This document shows positions 14,100 through 28,110 of a DNA stretch of 64,000 nt, one piece after another; positions within the stretch are counted from its first letter, which is position 1; each line of letters starts with the position of its first letter. This DNA comes from Chiloscyllium plagiosum (lineage: Eukaryota). The stretch lies in assembly GCF_004010195.1 (NCBI RefSeq), contig NC_057718.1, positions 47,962,507 to 48,026,506 of the forward strand. Direction: 5' to 3'. Below the pieces are notes generated by a model that saw only the letters and a list, made by a program, of their open reading frames with translations, searched no databases and was not told the origin of the DNA. Made by a program: the position numbers and the translations under genes.

Positions 14100-16207
14100 G
14101 TCACCTAATGCCCCAGGGGAAAGCGGGTGGGGAAAGGAGAATGAGAGATTGAGAGAATGAGTAAGCTGTGCCGCTCAACATGTTTTCAAGATCCCCAAAA
14201 AATTTCAGCTGAGATCATATAAAGCCTGTGGCTTGAGAATGAGGCAAAAAAGTCTGGGATCCACAATCTAGAAACTGTTTCAATTATGCAAAATGTGCTT
14301 CACAGAAGTGTAAGACAACAAAACCTTGCACTCATGTTTGGCAAGAAAAGATACAAATAACATTTCAAAGATCCTCTTAGAGCAGCAGAGCAAGGGGGAA
14401 GAAACAAATTGGTTCAGAGAAGGTACTCCTGAACTTGGGCCGACATGGTTTAAAACACCCAGAGGAAGTGGCCAGGGAATTGGGATACACAAGTCAGAGA
14501 GGGTGTTTGTGGCACAGTGGTAATGTCCTGGTCTCTGAGGTAAGAGTTCTGGGTTCAAGTCCCACCTGCTCTGGAAATGTGTAATAACATATCTGAATCA
14601 AGAAGTAATGTAAACAGCAAGTATGCCTGAACAGGACTTTGCCGGTTGGGAGATGAATAGCAAAATATTCAATGAGCTATAATAACTATCTATTCGTGTA
14701 TGTCCCTCTACGGCACTGTTATTTGCTTCTGTCTTTTAGATTTGAACAATGCTCTTTTTCAAAAGCTAAATTTATCCTCCCAAGAAAATGGCAAAAAATT
14801 GTATGCTTCAATCTGCATTTTTTAAACAATGCCATTGTTTACACTGTGTGCCATTTTTACATCCTGAAATGAATGTGAGCTGTTTTCACTCAATATTGAG
14901 TTCAGCTCATTTGCAAAGTTCCAGTTATTGATATTCTATATACTTGTGGAAGCAAAACATTTCAGGCAACTCAAATGAGAAAAGGATGACACTAATTAAA
15001 GAAGGACTTCCCATCATGGATGAATTTAGACACCTTCAAATGGAGAACAGAAACAATTAGCAATTTTTGGCAAGGGTAGAGGGGATGGGACAAAAAAAGC
15101 GTGATGCAGAAGTAAAGAAACAAGAAACTTAAGATATAACTCCAGTAGTGTATATAAGCAATGGATCCACTTTATGATTGCTGCTGAGGAGATCGGTGTT
15201 TCTGCACAAGGTGCTTGTACTCTGAAATTCTACATTGAGTGGCATTGCAGCATGCCTGCAAAAAGAGGTACAACTTAAAATTTAAAGCAAATTGTACAAG
15301 CATAATGTTGCACAGTCGTTGGTTTTGAAGCTGATGGAAGCACACATGACTCTGCCAATGAAAAAAAACCCCTTTTCCAGTGGTCATTACAGGCAAATGA
15401 GTTGGGCTGCAAGGCTTCTGGTAAGCTGTGGACAACTGAATAGTGCTGGCTTGCAATGCATAATACCTGTCTGGAGACTGTCACTTTGGACAACGCTGAT
15501 TTAGCAACACTGGTATTTACAACAAATGGACTTGTCTTATTTCATACATTTTGCATGTTAGAACGTTGTGTAGGCCTGACAGGCTTACAAGTTAATATTT
15601 GTTAAGTGGCTATTCTTAAGCAGATGCTTGTACTTGAGTATTTTTAAGACTGAAGTAGATGGATACTTGATAAGAAGAGGTGAAAGGTTATCAGGGACCA
15701 AGCATCTTTCACAGAACTAAATTAACTGGCCCCAAGAAACTAGGCAACAGGATGGATATAGTCTTACCACTATCACAAGAACAAATAAATAGATAACAAA
15801 AGTAACAATTTCAAAAATGATTCTTACAACTGGATGAAATGAAAACTACATTTCACCCATTAACCCGAACTGAAACTTGAGTTCGAGAAATGCATCAACC
15901 AATTTTTAATAACTGTGGCTGGCAGTAGGAAAAATAGATTACTCGTTTGTTCGTTTTAAAATAAAAAAACGAATTATAACTTGAAATGCCAAATAGTCTC
16001 AGTTTTCTATTGCAATGTCTGCCTTAGGTTTGTATTTATGCCCAGATGACAGAAAACTCTGGTCTATACCTCAGTCAACCACTTTTGCTGATCTACACCC
16101 TGCACAATTGTTCCTGTCACTTTGCACATCTCTGCAGGCAATATAAATCAATCTAGGATCACAGTGGAATGGGAGGATTGAAGTCTGAAACCTTGCACTC
16201 TTTGGTA

Positions 16208-16539
16208 CAGGTACACAATCCCTTATCCAAAACACTTGGGACCAGCTGGTTTTCGGAATTCGGAATGTTTCGAATTTCGGAATAAGTTACAGTTCAATGG
16301 TGACATTTTAAAAAATCTTACCGGAGTAAAACAGGCCCGGAGACAAAATTGAGGCCTGCCAGTGCTGGGCCATGCTCCCCCATTCCACGTCGCATAAGTG
16401 ACACGCATCCAGTGGATGTGGAGTTGGGTTAACCGTTTGCACGCCAAACAAACAATCTTGTTAATGAGATAAAAACTTCACAAAAAAACCCTTTGGATTT
16501 TGGAGCGGTTTGGATTTCGGATAAAGGGTTGTCTACCAG
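16208..16539. mobile_element. Tigger4/MER46-like MITE
   Basis: TIRs caggtacacaatcccttatccaaaa / tttcggataaagggttgtctaccag, TA on both sides, internal repeats of ttcgga. Confidence 0.75.
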
Positions 16540-16901
16540 TATTGCCTTTAAGGTGCATTACCTGCCTACTTCAGGTCACCCCATATACAAAATGGTAACA
16601 TTAGAGGATAAATGCTCACATTTCCTCTTAACTGTACAGGGAAGTACCATGTATTTAACCCACTCAAGAAATTCCCATGAGTTACACAATAGGGCTGAAA
16701 TGTACTTCAAAATTTGAAAGAAGAGTGTCTCTTTGGCTCCCAGATGACAAACAGCTATCTTTGCAAGACTTCTAACCAAACAAGAAATTATTAACTTCAT
16801 CATGATACACTACTTTGAAATTTCTGCAAATAATATGAATCCAGCCACCAGCCAAAGAGCAAGTTTTCAGTGGCTACTGGCATCATCAGACTGAAACCTA
16901 C

Positions 16902-17169
16902 CTGCTCCATTAGCATCGCCAACAGCTCCATTTTCATGCTGTGCACAAAGTGTTTGCAGGATAACTTCAGTGGCCCCCTGCCGTGGTAGAGTTACATGTT
17001 TTAGAAATGGTAAGTTGTTTTTTTTTGCAAATGACTGGCTGGTTTCTCGCCTCTTTCTCAGGAAACCTCCTTCAGGAAACAAAACAATCCACTTCCGATC
17101 CCGACTCCTGTAGTATTTTTCTAAATGTTTTCTGAGAAGAATCAGCTGCTGGTCACGATGAGCTTTACC
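16902..17169 (-). CDS. LPGAT1: LPGAT1 internal coding exon (equivalent to human exon 5), 268 bp, motifs III (FPEGG) and IV (LPR)
   Basis: Minus strand: ttaattttcAG|GGT AAA GCT CAT...GGA GCA G|GTAGGT. Encodes GKAHRDQQLILLRKHLEKYYRSRDRKWIVLFPEGGFLRKRRETSQSFAKKNNLPFLKHVTLPRQGATEVILQTLCAQHENGAVGDANGA. Overlaps ORF 16867..17082. Phase 0 start, phase 1 end. Confidence 0.95.
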
Positions 17170-18033
17170 CTGAAAATTAAAGTATAAAAATGTAATTGTT
17201 TACAATGGACAAAGTTGATTGACATTGCAATTTGGCGCTGCATAAAGATGACTTTTATCCTCTTAAAAAAAATTCAGATTTCTCAATACCAGCAAATATG
17301 CAGTGATACGATCACAATGTAAATATAGATAGCAAGTCCATTAACCTTCCACAAAACAATCCTAAAATTTCTATACCATTCAAATTAAATCCAGGGTTTT
17401 ATATTGACTAAATAATCTAGAGAACCTCTCTGTTGATCACTGACGTCAGGATACTTTTGATATAGTCTTAAAATTACCCATTCCTTGTTTGAACCAATGC
17501 CCTCCTTTGTCTTTGTTACAAATTTAACTTAATGCTCATACTTGCTCAACACCATTGCACTTCTATTTCACTGACAATATACTTTAGTAGTTGCTTCCAT
17601 TCAGGATTCCAAAATCTTGAATTTTTTCTCAAAAGGCTAATGCTTTGAAAGGTTGAAACAACCTTCTTGGTTCTTCTGCACACCACCTCCATGGTTCTCC
17701 TTCTCGATTAAAACTACAACAACACTCAAAACTGTGGTCTGACTAGTGAGCCGAACTGTTAGAGTATGGCATCCCCAGTTTTTGCTACTTAATCTAGTAA
17801 TCAACTTTTTGACTGCTGTGGAATGATGAGTCAACCAATCTCTTACTGGCATTCAACTATTTTCAGAACATACATAGAACACTTATGCCAACTACTTTTC
17901 TCTGCATCAACAACATTTCACAACAGTTTGAGTGAATTTCATCTGTTACTTACTTTAGCTAGCTTATTTTATAGACTTAGTTTCTATTCAGATTTGACTT
18001 CTCCCTGTTAACTCAATATAGTCAATAAATTTG

Positions 18034-18764
18034 TGTTACAACACAGAGGTGAACTCCTTTGTTAAGTAAACCAAACACTCACAAAAGCTCACCTTGCCTT
18101 CTGTTAAAATATGAGTGACCGAGAACTCCCAAATTCCACAATTTAAAGAAAACAACATGAATTTAAATTTTTAACTCTAAAAGTGAACATTAAACAATAA
18201 CTATTCACAACTCTAAGCTCTCCCCTTTCTCTTAACTGCTTACTACCTGCCCACAACTCTATTACAATATGCCGTTCCAATCAGACATTTACTAAAGTTA
18301 TATCAACATAATTTCAAAACCACACAGTCGCCGTCTTCTTCTGTCTTCACTCTTCTGGCTGCTGATTTGCCTGGATCGTCTCCTTTCTTTTTACTACAAG
18401 TAGGTTTCATATGAAAAGGTACCTTTTCGTAGAGAGTGTGTTTTTCTAATTTCTTTGAAAGCAAGACGTGAGATGGGTAATTAGCTTTCCACAAGTTTCT
18501 TTCTCCACGGCAGTTATTCTCTGGCCAATTTTCAAGATGCCCACATTTTATATCACCCAAAAATCGAATTGTTTCATTGAATTTATCGTTTTGTCAAAAT
18601 CTAACCAAACTCTATTAGGTTTTGGAATCCTGGGGCATAATTTAAACTTATTGGTTAAATTCGAATTGTTGTCAAAACAGCAATCAAAACTCAGGTATCC
18701 ATTTCAGTCAAATATTACGTATTTTCAATTTTCCCGTACACTCTGGGACTGCCATATAGTCACA
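18034..18764 (-). mobile_element. Possible solo LTR
   Basis: About 730-bp segment bounded by TGTTAC...GTCACA (TG...CA with short imperfect inverted ends) and non-coding. No TSD recognised. Confidence 0.4.
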
Positions 18765-19554
18765 TACACAGGTGCTTGTAATATCTCAGTTCAGAGCAGC
18801 ATTCACTCTCTTAAAAAGTATAGTACATGCCTTCAACTTCATAACAGATGATTGCACTTACAATAACAACTTAGAAAATGTTGTAATCCTAAACAGATCC
18901 CAGAGGCAATTCACTTCACTTAAATCTCAATCCTCATTTTTCCCCACTCCTAAACAAAAGGAAAAAAGTTGAACTGAGTTGTTGGATTGAGGAAGCTACA
19001 GAAAGGGAGGGGCAATGAATGAGCAGTTTTTAAAAATGACTATGCATTTTAAATTGGTGATGTTGAGAGATAGGAATGACATGGAATATGCTAAAGGTAG
19101 CAGCAATTTAGATAGAAGAAAGAAATGAGCTCCTCACTATAGGTGACCAATGTTAATGGGGGATGTTAATGGTATCCGTAATAGATGGAATGCAAGGTCA
19201 GATACACAAATTGGAGTTAAATAGGTAGATTCTGAATTATCTGTTTCAGCCCAAGACTGCAGAATGGAAGCGAAATGGAATCATGGTTTGCAGCTTGTGG
19301 CAAGGGCCTTAAACAATTATTTGGATTATCTGAAGCTTTAATGTGCCAGAGTTAATATCAGTAAAGGCTGGATACCAGTAAAACAGCCTGACCACGGAGA
19401 TGCTGAGGTGGTTTTGAGGATGGTATGCATATTCTATGATGTTAAGCGATGCAGAAAGGAGAAGGGAAAATACATCATCGTCCAGTCAGTTACAGAGGCT
19501 ATTACCTGTAGCAATGTTTTGGTGCTGCAGAAGAGATAGAAACACAATTTTAAC

Positions 19555-19990
19555 AAAATTCTTTCATGGAGTTTGGATGTTGTTGTCTCTCCCTAGTTGC
19601 CTTTGAAAAGATGGCAGTGAGTGGTCTTCTGGAATCTCTGCAGCCCATTTGGTGACATTGAAGGAACGGTAATATATTTCCAAGTCACGATGATGGTGGC
19701 TTACAGGTGGTGGCGTTCAGAGGGGTCTGCTGCCCTCATCATTCTAGATGGTAGTGGTTATGGGTTTGGAAGGTTCTAAGGACCTTGGTGAATCTCTGCA
19801 CATTATATACTGCTACTAAGCATCAGTGGTGAAGGGACTAAATACTTGCAGATGTGGTGCCAATTAAGCAGGCTACTTCATCTTGGAATGTCTAAAACTG
19901 GAGTATTGTTGCAGCTGCACTCATCTGGGTAAGTAGGGAGCATTCTATCATAATCCTTAATTGTGCCTTGTAGATGGGGGACAATCTTTA
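19555..19990 (-). mobile_element. Old CR1/L2-clade LINE 3' fragment
   Basis: Antisense of the family seen at 32190-32850 and 35760-36430 (atatatttccaagtc..gatg; ttgcagctgcactcatc; ccttgtagatgg). Confidence 0.6.
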
Positions 19991-20989
19991 GGGTGACTGA
20001 AGATACAGAGATTCAAACATAGAAATTGCATGAAATGACAGATGGGCAGGAATTAAAGACAACACATTTGAGGGCTTCATTGAGAAAAAGGTTCGAGATG
20101 GGGATTGCTTATACAGTACAGGGATATATGGTAATTTGAAAAAAGGAAATTGGTGGCTCAAAATTTCAAAATAACCTACAATGCTAACTAGCATAAGCCC
20201 AGTACAGGAGGTTGAGTGGCCAACAACCTAGCAGGAACTGGAGTTGAATCTCTGACAACATGAACTAGAAGAGCATTTGAGGAGAACTAGCAGACTGAAA
20301 AATTGGGAAAAAGACCTTAAGATTTTAGGTTGGGTTGCTCTGGGGAAAGATTGGCTTGGTGATAAAGACTACAAGGGGAAGCAAAAATGATGGGTTAGCA
20401 GTCAATCTGAATTTTATTGACAAAGTTGTCCAAGAGAACCTCATGTTTGCTACAATATGCAATGGGGAAGGATAAAGAAGGAAGCGGTTTAAGGAAACAT
20501 AGTTCAGAAGCCAAGCATTACCTTTGCTTTCCGAAACTGTATTGAAGCAGTTGACACCAATGCTAAATCTATGTGAGGCCCAATAATACTTGTTGAGTAC
20601 TAATCAGATCAGATGATGGATGTTTGTATCAGTGGACTCTTCGTTCAACTGAAGGGACCACAAGTAGGAGTCAAAATCAGGGAACTTTAGTTCTATAGTC
20701 CCCACACCAAAGAATCTAACCATGAACAAGATGCAAGGTGAGAGTGGAAGGAAAAAGAAACAACTATTCACCTAGCTGAAAACTGACAAAGAGAAGACCC
20801 ATTTGGCATAATATATTTTGATCAGAAAGGGATAGTGACTGTGTGGGAATAAGAAACATGAAAAAGTTGCAGTAAAAATATAATTGTGTACATTGATAAA
20901 GTTCTAGGAATTTTTAAAGAATACATGGTACTGAAATTTTTAAACGTAAATATTTAATGACTAATAAGAATGTTAAATATTTTCAAATC

Positions 20990-21867
20990 AGTACTGAACA
21001 AACTGCTGAAGCCGTGGAGTAACAAGTCACCAGTACCTTCTTTTCAAACTTGTTCATGGGGTTTTGACCCAGCAATATTGGAGGAAGGATATTATAGTTC
21101 AAAGTCAGATGGTGTGATTTGGGAGGGAACTTGTAGGTGATGTTGCACCTGGAACCTGCTGCCCTTTGTCCTTGTCGGTAGGAGAGTTTCAAGTTTGGAA
21201 AATAGAATTAAAGGAGCTTTGGAGAGTTACTGCAGTACATTTGCAAATAATACTGCCACTGAACATCACAGGTGAAGAAAGGGAATGTTGAAGGTGTTAG
21301 ATGTTGATTGGTTTGCCAACCAAGCAGCTGCTTCATCTTGGATGTTGTAAAGCTTTTGTGTTGTTGGAGTTGCACTTAGCCAGGTAAGTGGAGAGTATCC
21401 CATCACACTCCTGACGTGTGCCTTGGAAATGATGGACATGTATTGGTAAAACTGAAGGCAAGTTAAATGCTGCAGAATTTATGATCTCTGACCTGATCTT
21501 GTAGTCACAGTACTTATGTGAATGGTACAGTTCATTTTCTGGTCAATTGTAAGCTCTCCCCAGGTTATTGATAGTGATAATGCCATTAAATATCAAGGGT
21601 TGATGGTTACATTCTGTTGTTGGAAATGGTCATTGCCTGACACTTGTGTGGCACAAAAGTTACTTATCATTTATCTGCCCAAACCTCCATTTTCTCCAAA
21701 TCTTGCTGCAAATGGATAAATCCTGTTTAATTTTCAGTGGAGTCACAAATTTTGCTGAGACGACAATCAACAACAAACATCCCCACTTCTGACATGATGG
21801 AGGGAAGGTCAGTGATGAAGTAACTGAAGATGGTTGGGTCTGGGACAGTACCTTGAGAACCTTGCAG
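20990..21867 (-). mobile_element. Old CR1/L2-clade LINE, interrupted by a younger CR1 and continuing at ~25197-25940
   Basis: Same family as 19555-19990. ORF 25320..25604 (NLASYHPIVLLS...FGFHKAYS...ATFNRI) is RT-like. Confidence 0.6.
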
Positions 21868-24800
21868 GGATCCCCTGTGGTCGTTCCCCTGAAAAACAAG
21901 TATATCATTTTGGATACTGATTTTGGGGGGGATGCAGAAACTACTTACTAAGGGTAGAAAGAGGAATAGGGAAGAAAGATAGGGAAGTAAGGCAGGATTC
22001 CTGGGAGCTAGGGTGGAAGCGGAGAGCTAAAACAGAGTTGTTCTCTCTGGTTTGTTACCCATGCCACATGATAGCAAGGCAAGGAACAGGGAGAAATATC
22101 ATCTGAACACATGGCTGCAGGAGGGAGGGTTTCAGGTACATGGATAATTGGGGCTCATTCTGGGGCTGCTAAGACCTCTACAAGCAGGACGGTCTTCACT
22201 TGAACAAGAGGGGTACTAATATCCTGAGTGGGAAATTTGCTGGTGCTATTCAGGTGGGTTTAAACTAGCTCAGCAGGGGGATAGGAACCTGAGGTGTGGT
22301 TCCAGTGCACAGGAGGATGAGAATAGGGAGGGCATGGACAGGATTAAGGTCACAGGAATGTGTTGACAGACAGCAAGCTGGTATGAACTATCTACTTCAA
22401 CATCAGAAGTATCCGAAATAAGGTAGGTGAGCTTACTGCATAGATAGGTACCTGGGACTTCGATGTTGTGGCCATTTCGGAGACATGGATAGGCCATGGT
22501 CAGGAATGGATGTTGCAGGTTCCAGGGTTTGGATCTTTCATTAAAAACAGGCAAGGCGGTAAAAGAGGAGGAGGTGTGGCCTCGTTAGTCAAGGACAGTT
22601 TAATGGTGGCTGAAAGAACATTTGACGAGGGCTCGTCTACTGAGGTAGTATGGGCGGAGGTGAGAAACAGGAGAGGAGAGGTCACACTGCTGTGAGTTTT
22701 TTTTAAACATAGGCCTCCGCAGAGTTCCAGGGATGTAAAGGACAGGATTGGCAAATTCTGGGTAGGAGTGAAAGGAACAGGGTCGTCATTGTGGGGGACT
22801 TTAACTTCCCCAACATTGACTGGAAATGTTAAAACTTTAGTACGTTGGATGGATCAGTTTTTGTCCAATGTGTGCAGGAGTGTTTCCTGACACAGTATGA
22901 CGAAGCGTCGACAAGAGGGGAGGCCACACTACAGATGTGGTGCTTGGTAATGAACCAGGCCAGGTGTTTGATTTAGTGGCAAGGTGAACACTTTGGATAA
23001 AGTAACCATAATTCGGTTATGTTTAGTTGAACGATGGAAAGAGATAGGTACATTCCACAGGGGAAGAGTTATCGATAGGGCAAGGGCAATTATAATGAGT
23101 TTAGGCAAGACTTAGGATGCATAGAGTGGAGTAGCAAAATGCAGGGGATGGGGATAATCGAAATGTGGAGCAGGTTTAAGGAACAGATGTTGCGTGTCCT
23201 TGATAGATGTGTCCTTGTTAGGTAGGGAGGAAGTGATAAGGTAAGGGAACCGTGGTTTACTACAGAAATTGCATCTCTTGTTAACAAAAGGAGGAGGCTT
23301 ATGTGATGACGAGACAAGATGGTGCCGATGAGGCGGAGAGTAACAGATGAGCTAGGAAGGATTTAAAAAGAGTTAAGAGCAAAGAGGGGACGGGAGCAGT
23401 CTTTAGCAGGTAGAATAAAGGAGAACCCTAAAGCTTTCTATAGGTATATGAGGAATAAAAGGATGACTAGGTTGGAATAGGGCCAGTCAAAGACAGAAGT
23501 GGGAAGTTGTGTGTGGACCATGTGGAGATCGGAGAGGTGCTGAACGAATATTTCTCATCAGTTTTCCCCAGGAAAAGGAAAAGAATGAGATATGAGATAT
23601 TAGACTAGAAAGGATTGAGGTTAGTAAGGAAGAGGTGTTATCAATTCTAGAAGGAGTAAAAGTAGACAAGTCCCCAGGCCAGATGGGATTTATCCGAAGA
23701 TTCTCTGGGAAGCTAGGGTGGTGGTGTTGGAGCCTTCAGGTTTGATCTTTGAGTCGTTATTGTCTACAGGTTTAGTACCAGAGGACTGGAAGATTGCAAA
23801 TGTTGTGCCCTTGTTCAAGAAGAACAGTAGAAATGACCCAGGTAATTTCAGGCCAGTGAGCCTTACGTCTGTTGTAGGAAAAGTTTTGGAAAGAATAATA
23901 AGAGATAGGATTTATAATCATCTAACAAGCAATAATTTGATTGCAAATAGGCAACATAGTTTCATCAAGGGTAGGTCATGTCTCACAAACCTCAGTTTTT
24001 TTGAGAAGGTGACCAAGCATGTGTATGAGGGTACAGCAGTTGACGTGTTGTACATGGATTTCAGTAAAGCCTTTGATAAGGTTCCATGTGGTAGACTGTT
24101 GGAGAAAATGCAGAGGCATGGGATGGAGGGTGATTTAGCATTGTGGATTAGAAACTGGCTTTTTGTAAGAAGGCAGCAAGTGGTGGTTGATGGAAAATAT
24201 TCAGCCTGGAATCTGGTTACCAGTGGTGTGCCACAAGGATCTGTTTTGGGACCACTGCCGTTTGTTATTTTTATAAATAACTTAGACGCAGGCATAGGTG
24301 GATGGGTTAGTAAGTTTGCAGATGACACTAAAGGCGGTGAAGTAGTGGTCAGTGTGGAAGAATGTTACAGGTTGCAGGGGGACTTGGATAAACTGCAGAA
24401 TTGGGCTAAGAGGTGGCAAATGGAGTTCAATGCAGATTATTGTGAGGTGATTCAATTTGCAAAGAGTAACAGGAAGGCAGAATACTGGGTCAATGAAAAG
24501 ATTCTGTGGATGTGAAGAGGGATCTTGGAGACCATGTACATAGATCCTTGAAAGTTGCCACCCAGGTTGATAGTGCTGTTAAGAAGGCATATGGTGTGTT
24601 GGGTTTTATTGGTGGAGGGATTGCATTCCGGAGACGTAATGTCATGCTGCAACTATACAAAACGCGAGTGGAGCCACACTTGGAATATTGTGTACAGTTC
24701 TGGTCACCCCATTACAGGAAGGACGCGGAAGCATTGGAAAAGTTGCAGAGGAGATTTACCAGGATATTGCCTGGTCTGGAGCGAAGGTCTTACAAGGAAA

Positions 24801-25196
24801 GGCTGAGTGACTTGGGTCTGTTCTCATTGGAAAGAAGGCAGCTCAGAGGAGATTTGATAGAGACATACAAGATGATCAGAGGATTAGATAGGGTAGACAG
24901 TGAAAGTCTTTTTCCGAGGATGATAACATCAGCTTGTACGAGGGGGCATAACCACAAATTGATGGGTGATAGATTTAAGACAGATGTCAGGTTCTTTACT
25001 CAATGGTAAGGGCGTGGAATGCCCTGCCTGCCAATGTAGTTAACTCAGCCACATTAAGGAAATTTAAACATTCGTTGGATAAGCACGTGGGTGATGATGG
25101 GATAGTGTAGATGGATGAGGCTTAGATTAGTTCACAGGTCAGCGCAACATCGAGGGCTGAAGGGACTATTCTGCATTATACTGTTCTACATTCTAT
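21868..25196 (+). mobile_element. CR1 LINE (HER1-like), 5'-truncated in ORF1, with ORF2 endonuclease and RT; inactivated
   Basis: ORF1 SGNH-esterase end (LYKQDGLHLN, ~22175-22210), endonuclease (AISETW 22468; GDFNFP ~22795), RT 23718..24515 (PEDWKIANV, DFSKAFDKV, SGVPQGSVLGP, FADD), C-terminus 24506..25009. Multiple stops and frameshifts. Confidence 0.95.
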
Positions 25197-26419
25197 AACC
25201 TCTTGCAGTGATTTCCTGGAGCCAAGATGACTGACCTACAAAACCCACTATACATGATGCAGACACTGAGAAAATTCCCTTGACTCCAATCAACTCAGTT
25301 TTGCAAGAGTTTCTTGATGTCATATTCTGTTAAATGTTGCTTTTCTGTCAAGGCCAGGCATTCTCACCTCACCTCTGGAGTTCAGTTCTTTTGTCCATGT
25401 TTGGAACAAGCCTCTAACAAAGACAGCTGAATAGGCCTTATGGAACCCAAACGGAGTGTCAGTGCAGGTTATTCCTTTGCTAGTGAGGTGTGAAAACATG
25501 TTCAAAAACATTGATGAGAGAGACAGAAGAACGATAGGGTGGTAACTAGCCAAGTTAAATGTGTCATCCATCTTCTGTACAGGACATCTGGCATCTTTCC
25601 ACATTAGCTAGGGGTAAGCTGGTCCAAGCTCTGCAGCACAAGTCTTCAACACAAGTCACTTTTCTCTTTTATTGGTTCCCTCTCCAACAACTGCAATCCC
25701 AGGCTACAAACTTGATGAGCAACCCCTGGTGATGGGGATGGAAGTCTCCCACCCAGGGATGGTGAGGGCAGTGTCTGAGACATAGTCATATTCACAGAAT
25801 TGTACTTTAAAGACAACGTCAGGCTGTTGCTTGACTGATTGGTAAAGCAGCTCTCTCAGTTTTAGCTCTAACTTACAGATGTCAGTAAGGAAAACTTTGC
25901 AAGTGTTGCCACTATAGCTTCCAGTGCTTAGGTTGATTCAGCATGGTTCCTTGATGTGAAAAATAGCAAAGGTGACTCCTTTATTTAAAGGGGGAGGGAG
26001 ATAGAACACAGGAGACTATAGGCCAATAAGCTTAACAGTTGTCACAAAGGAAGATGGCAGAAGCCATGAGTAAAGATGTTATAGTCTAGCACTTGACATT
26101 TTACCAAGGTAAACAGACAAAGTTACACGATTTTGTGGATAGGCAATGCATCAATTTAAAAATGGGGATGCCACTTAGGAACGAGTTGATAATTATTTAA
26201 AGGGATGAAAGTTATTGGAATTCTCTACCACAAAGCTTCTGAAGTTCAGTCTTTGAGAACATTTAAAAAGGTAGAGATTGATAGATTTCTGAATATGAAT
26301 GACAAAGGGTTATGGAGATAATGCCTTTTACCTGCACTAAGTGTTCAATCAACCATGTATTAAATGCCAAAGCAGGCTTGATGGAATGAATGGACTACTA
26401 CTAATTTTGAAAATCACTC

Positions 26420-28110
26420 AGTGCAACCCTTTTATCAAGCAAAAACAGTTTATTCGCATCTACTCTGTCCAGGCCACTCATGATTTGAAAATTTCAATCG
26501 AATTTCGTTTTAGCTTATCCTCCAAGGAAAATAGTCACAACTTCTCCAATGCATCTTTGTAACTGAAGTTTCTTATCCTTGGAACTATCCTTATAAACCT
26601 CTTCTGCACTTACTCTAACATGTTCACATCCTTCCTGAAGTGCGGTGCCCAAATCTGTACACATTACTCCAGCTGAGGTCTGGCTGATGCCTTATACAGG
26701 TCCAGCACCTCACTGCACTTGTACTCTATGTTCCTATTAATAAAGCCAAAGATACTATATACTTGATTAAATCACTTTCTAGACATGCCCTGCCTATTTA
26801 GTAACTTATGTATGCACACATACGAATTAGGGCCATCAGGTCCCTTCAGCCTGCTCTGCCATTCAATAAGATCATGTCTGAACTATTTGAATTCGAAATT
26901 CAATATTTCCATCTACCTCTTCTGATTCCTTAAGCATATTCAACGAGACCATCTCCACCGTTTCTGAGGCAGAGTATTCCAAAGATGCACAACTCTCAAA
27001 AGAAATTTTTATCTTTGTCCTAAAAGGATAACCACTAATTTTAGAACAACACCCTTAAAAAACTTGATTGAAGTGCATAAATTCATTCTTGGGAAGTGGG
27101 CATTGCTGACTGGCCAGCATTTACTGCCCATTCCGAGTTACCCTTGGAGGGGAATTTGCAGCTGGTAGGAGGTCACCCATCTTCTGAACTCCACTGAAAA
27201 CAAGCCCAGTCTGTTTAATCTTCCCTTTTAAGCTGAACTGGTCAGTCCAAGCTTCAAACTAGTAAACCACCTCCAAGCCATCTCCAACATACTTGCATTC
27301 TCCCTAAGTAAGGTGACCAAATCTGCATACAGTATTCAAGATGTGGTCTCACTAATAACATGCTTAATTTTATGTTGCTGTGCATGCATGCTAACTTTTT
27401 AGGACTCTTGCAGTAGCACACATAGATCTCTCTGCAGTTTGGAATTTTTCAGTCATTTGGTACTTAAGTAATACTCTGTTTCTTTATTCTTCCTGCCAAA
27501 GTGAACTATTTTATATTTTTCCACATTATACTCCATCTATCAGAATTTTGCCCATTCAACCTATCAAGATTACAAACTCATTATATCATCTTCACTACAT
27601 ATTTTCCTACTCTTCTTGTATCACTTCCAAATGCAGTTAACATGCATTTGTTCCCTTTATCTAATTTTTTAATATAAATCTTCAAAACGTTGATGCCGCA
27701 GTACAGAAATTTCTGCCAACCAGAAAAATACCCATTTATGCATGCTCTGTTTCTCGTCAACCAGTATTCTATCCATACTAGGATGTTAGCATGGATGCCA
27801 TGATTTCCTAGTTTACACAATAAGTCTTTGTGACACCTTGGATTGGCAGAAGACATCCTACAAATGCAGTATGTCAATAGACTATTTCTGGTCCACAGTT
27901 GATGTTACTCCATCAAACAACTCCAATAAACATGATCGGCCTTTAATAAAACATGTTGGCTTGTCACAATGAGCTCACTTTTTTTTATAAAAAAAAAGTG
28001 TGCAGCTTGAACTGCCTTAAATAATTGCTTAATTCTAAAATCTTCCCCAGAACAAACGTCAAGCTAAGTAGCCTACGATTTCCTGCTTTCTGCCTCACAC
28101 CCTCTGCAAT
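26420..28110 (-). mobile_element. Degenerate CR1 LINE fragments (at least two copies)
   Basis: ORF 27581..27877 (KLGNHGI..LVWIEYWL) and antisense CR1 3' DNA at 26420-26810. Confidence 0.7.

Noticed and set aside
16867..16901. ORF extension RFQSDDASSH* as the LPGAT1 C-terminus
   Set aside because: It lies past the G|GTAGGT donor and is intronic read-through; LPGAT1 has further exons.
23718..24515. 265-aa reverse-transcriptase ORF as a host gene or novel RT system
   Set aside because: It is a fragment of CR1 ORF2 within a frameshifted LINE copy, with many paralogous pieces in the window.
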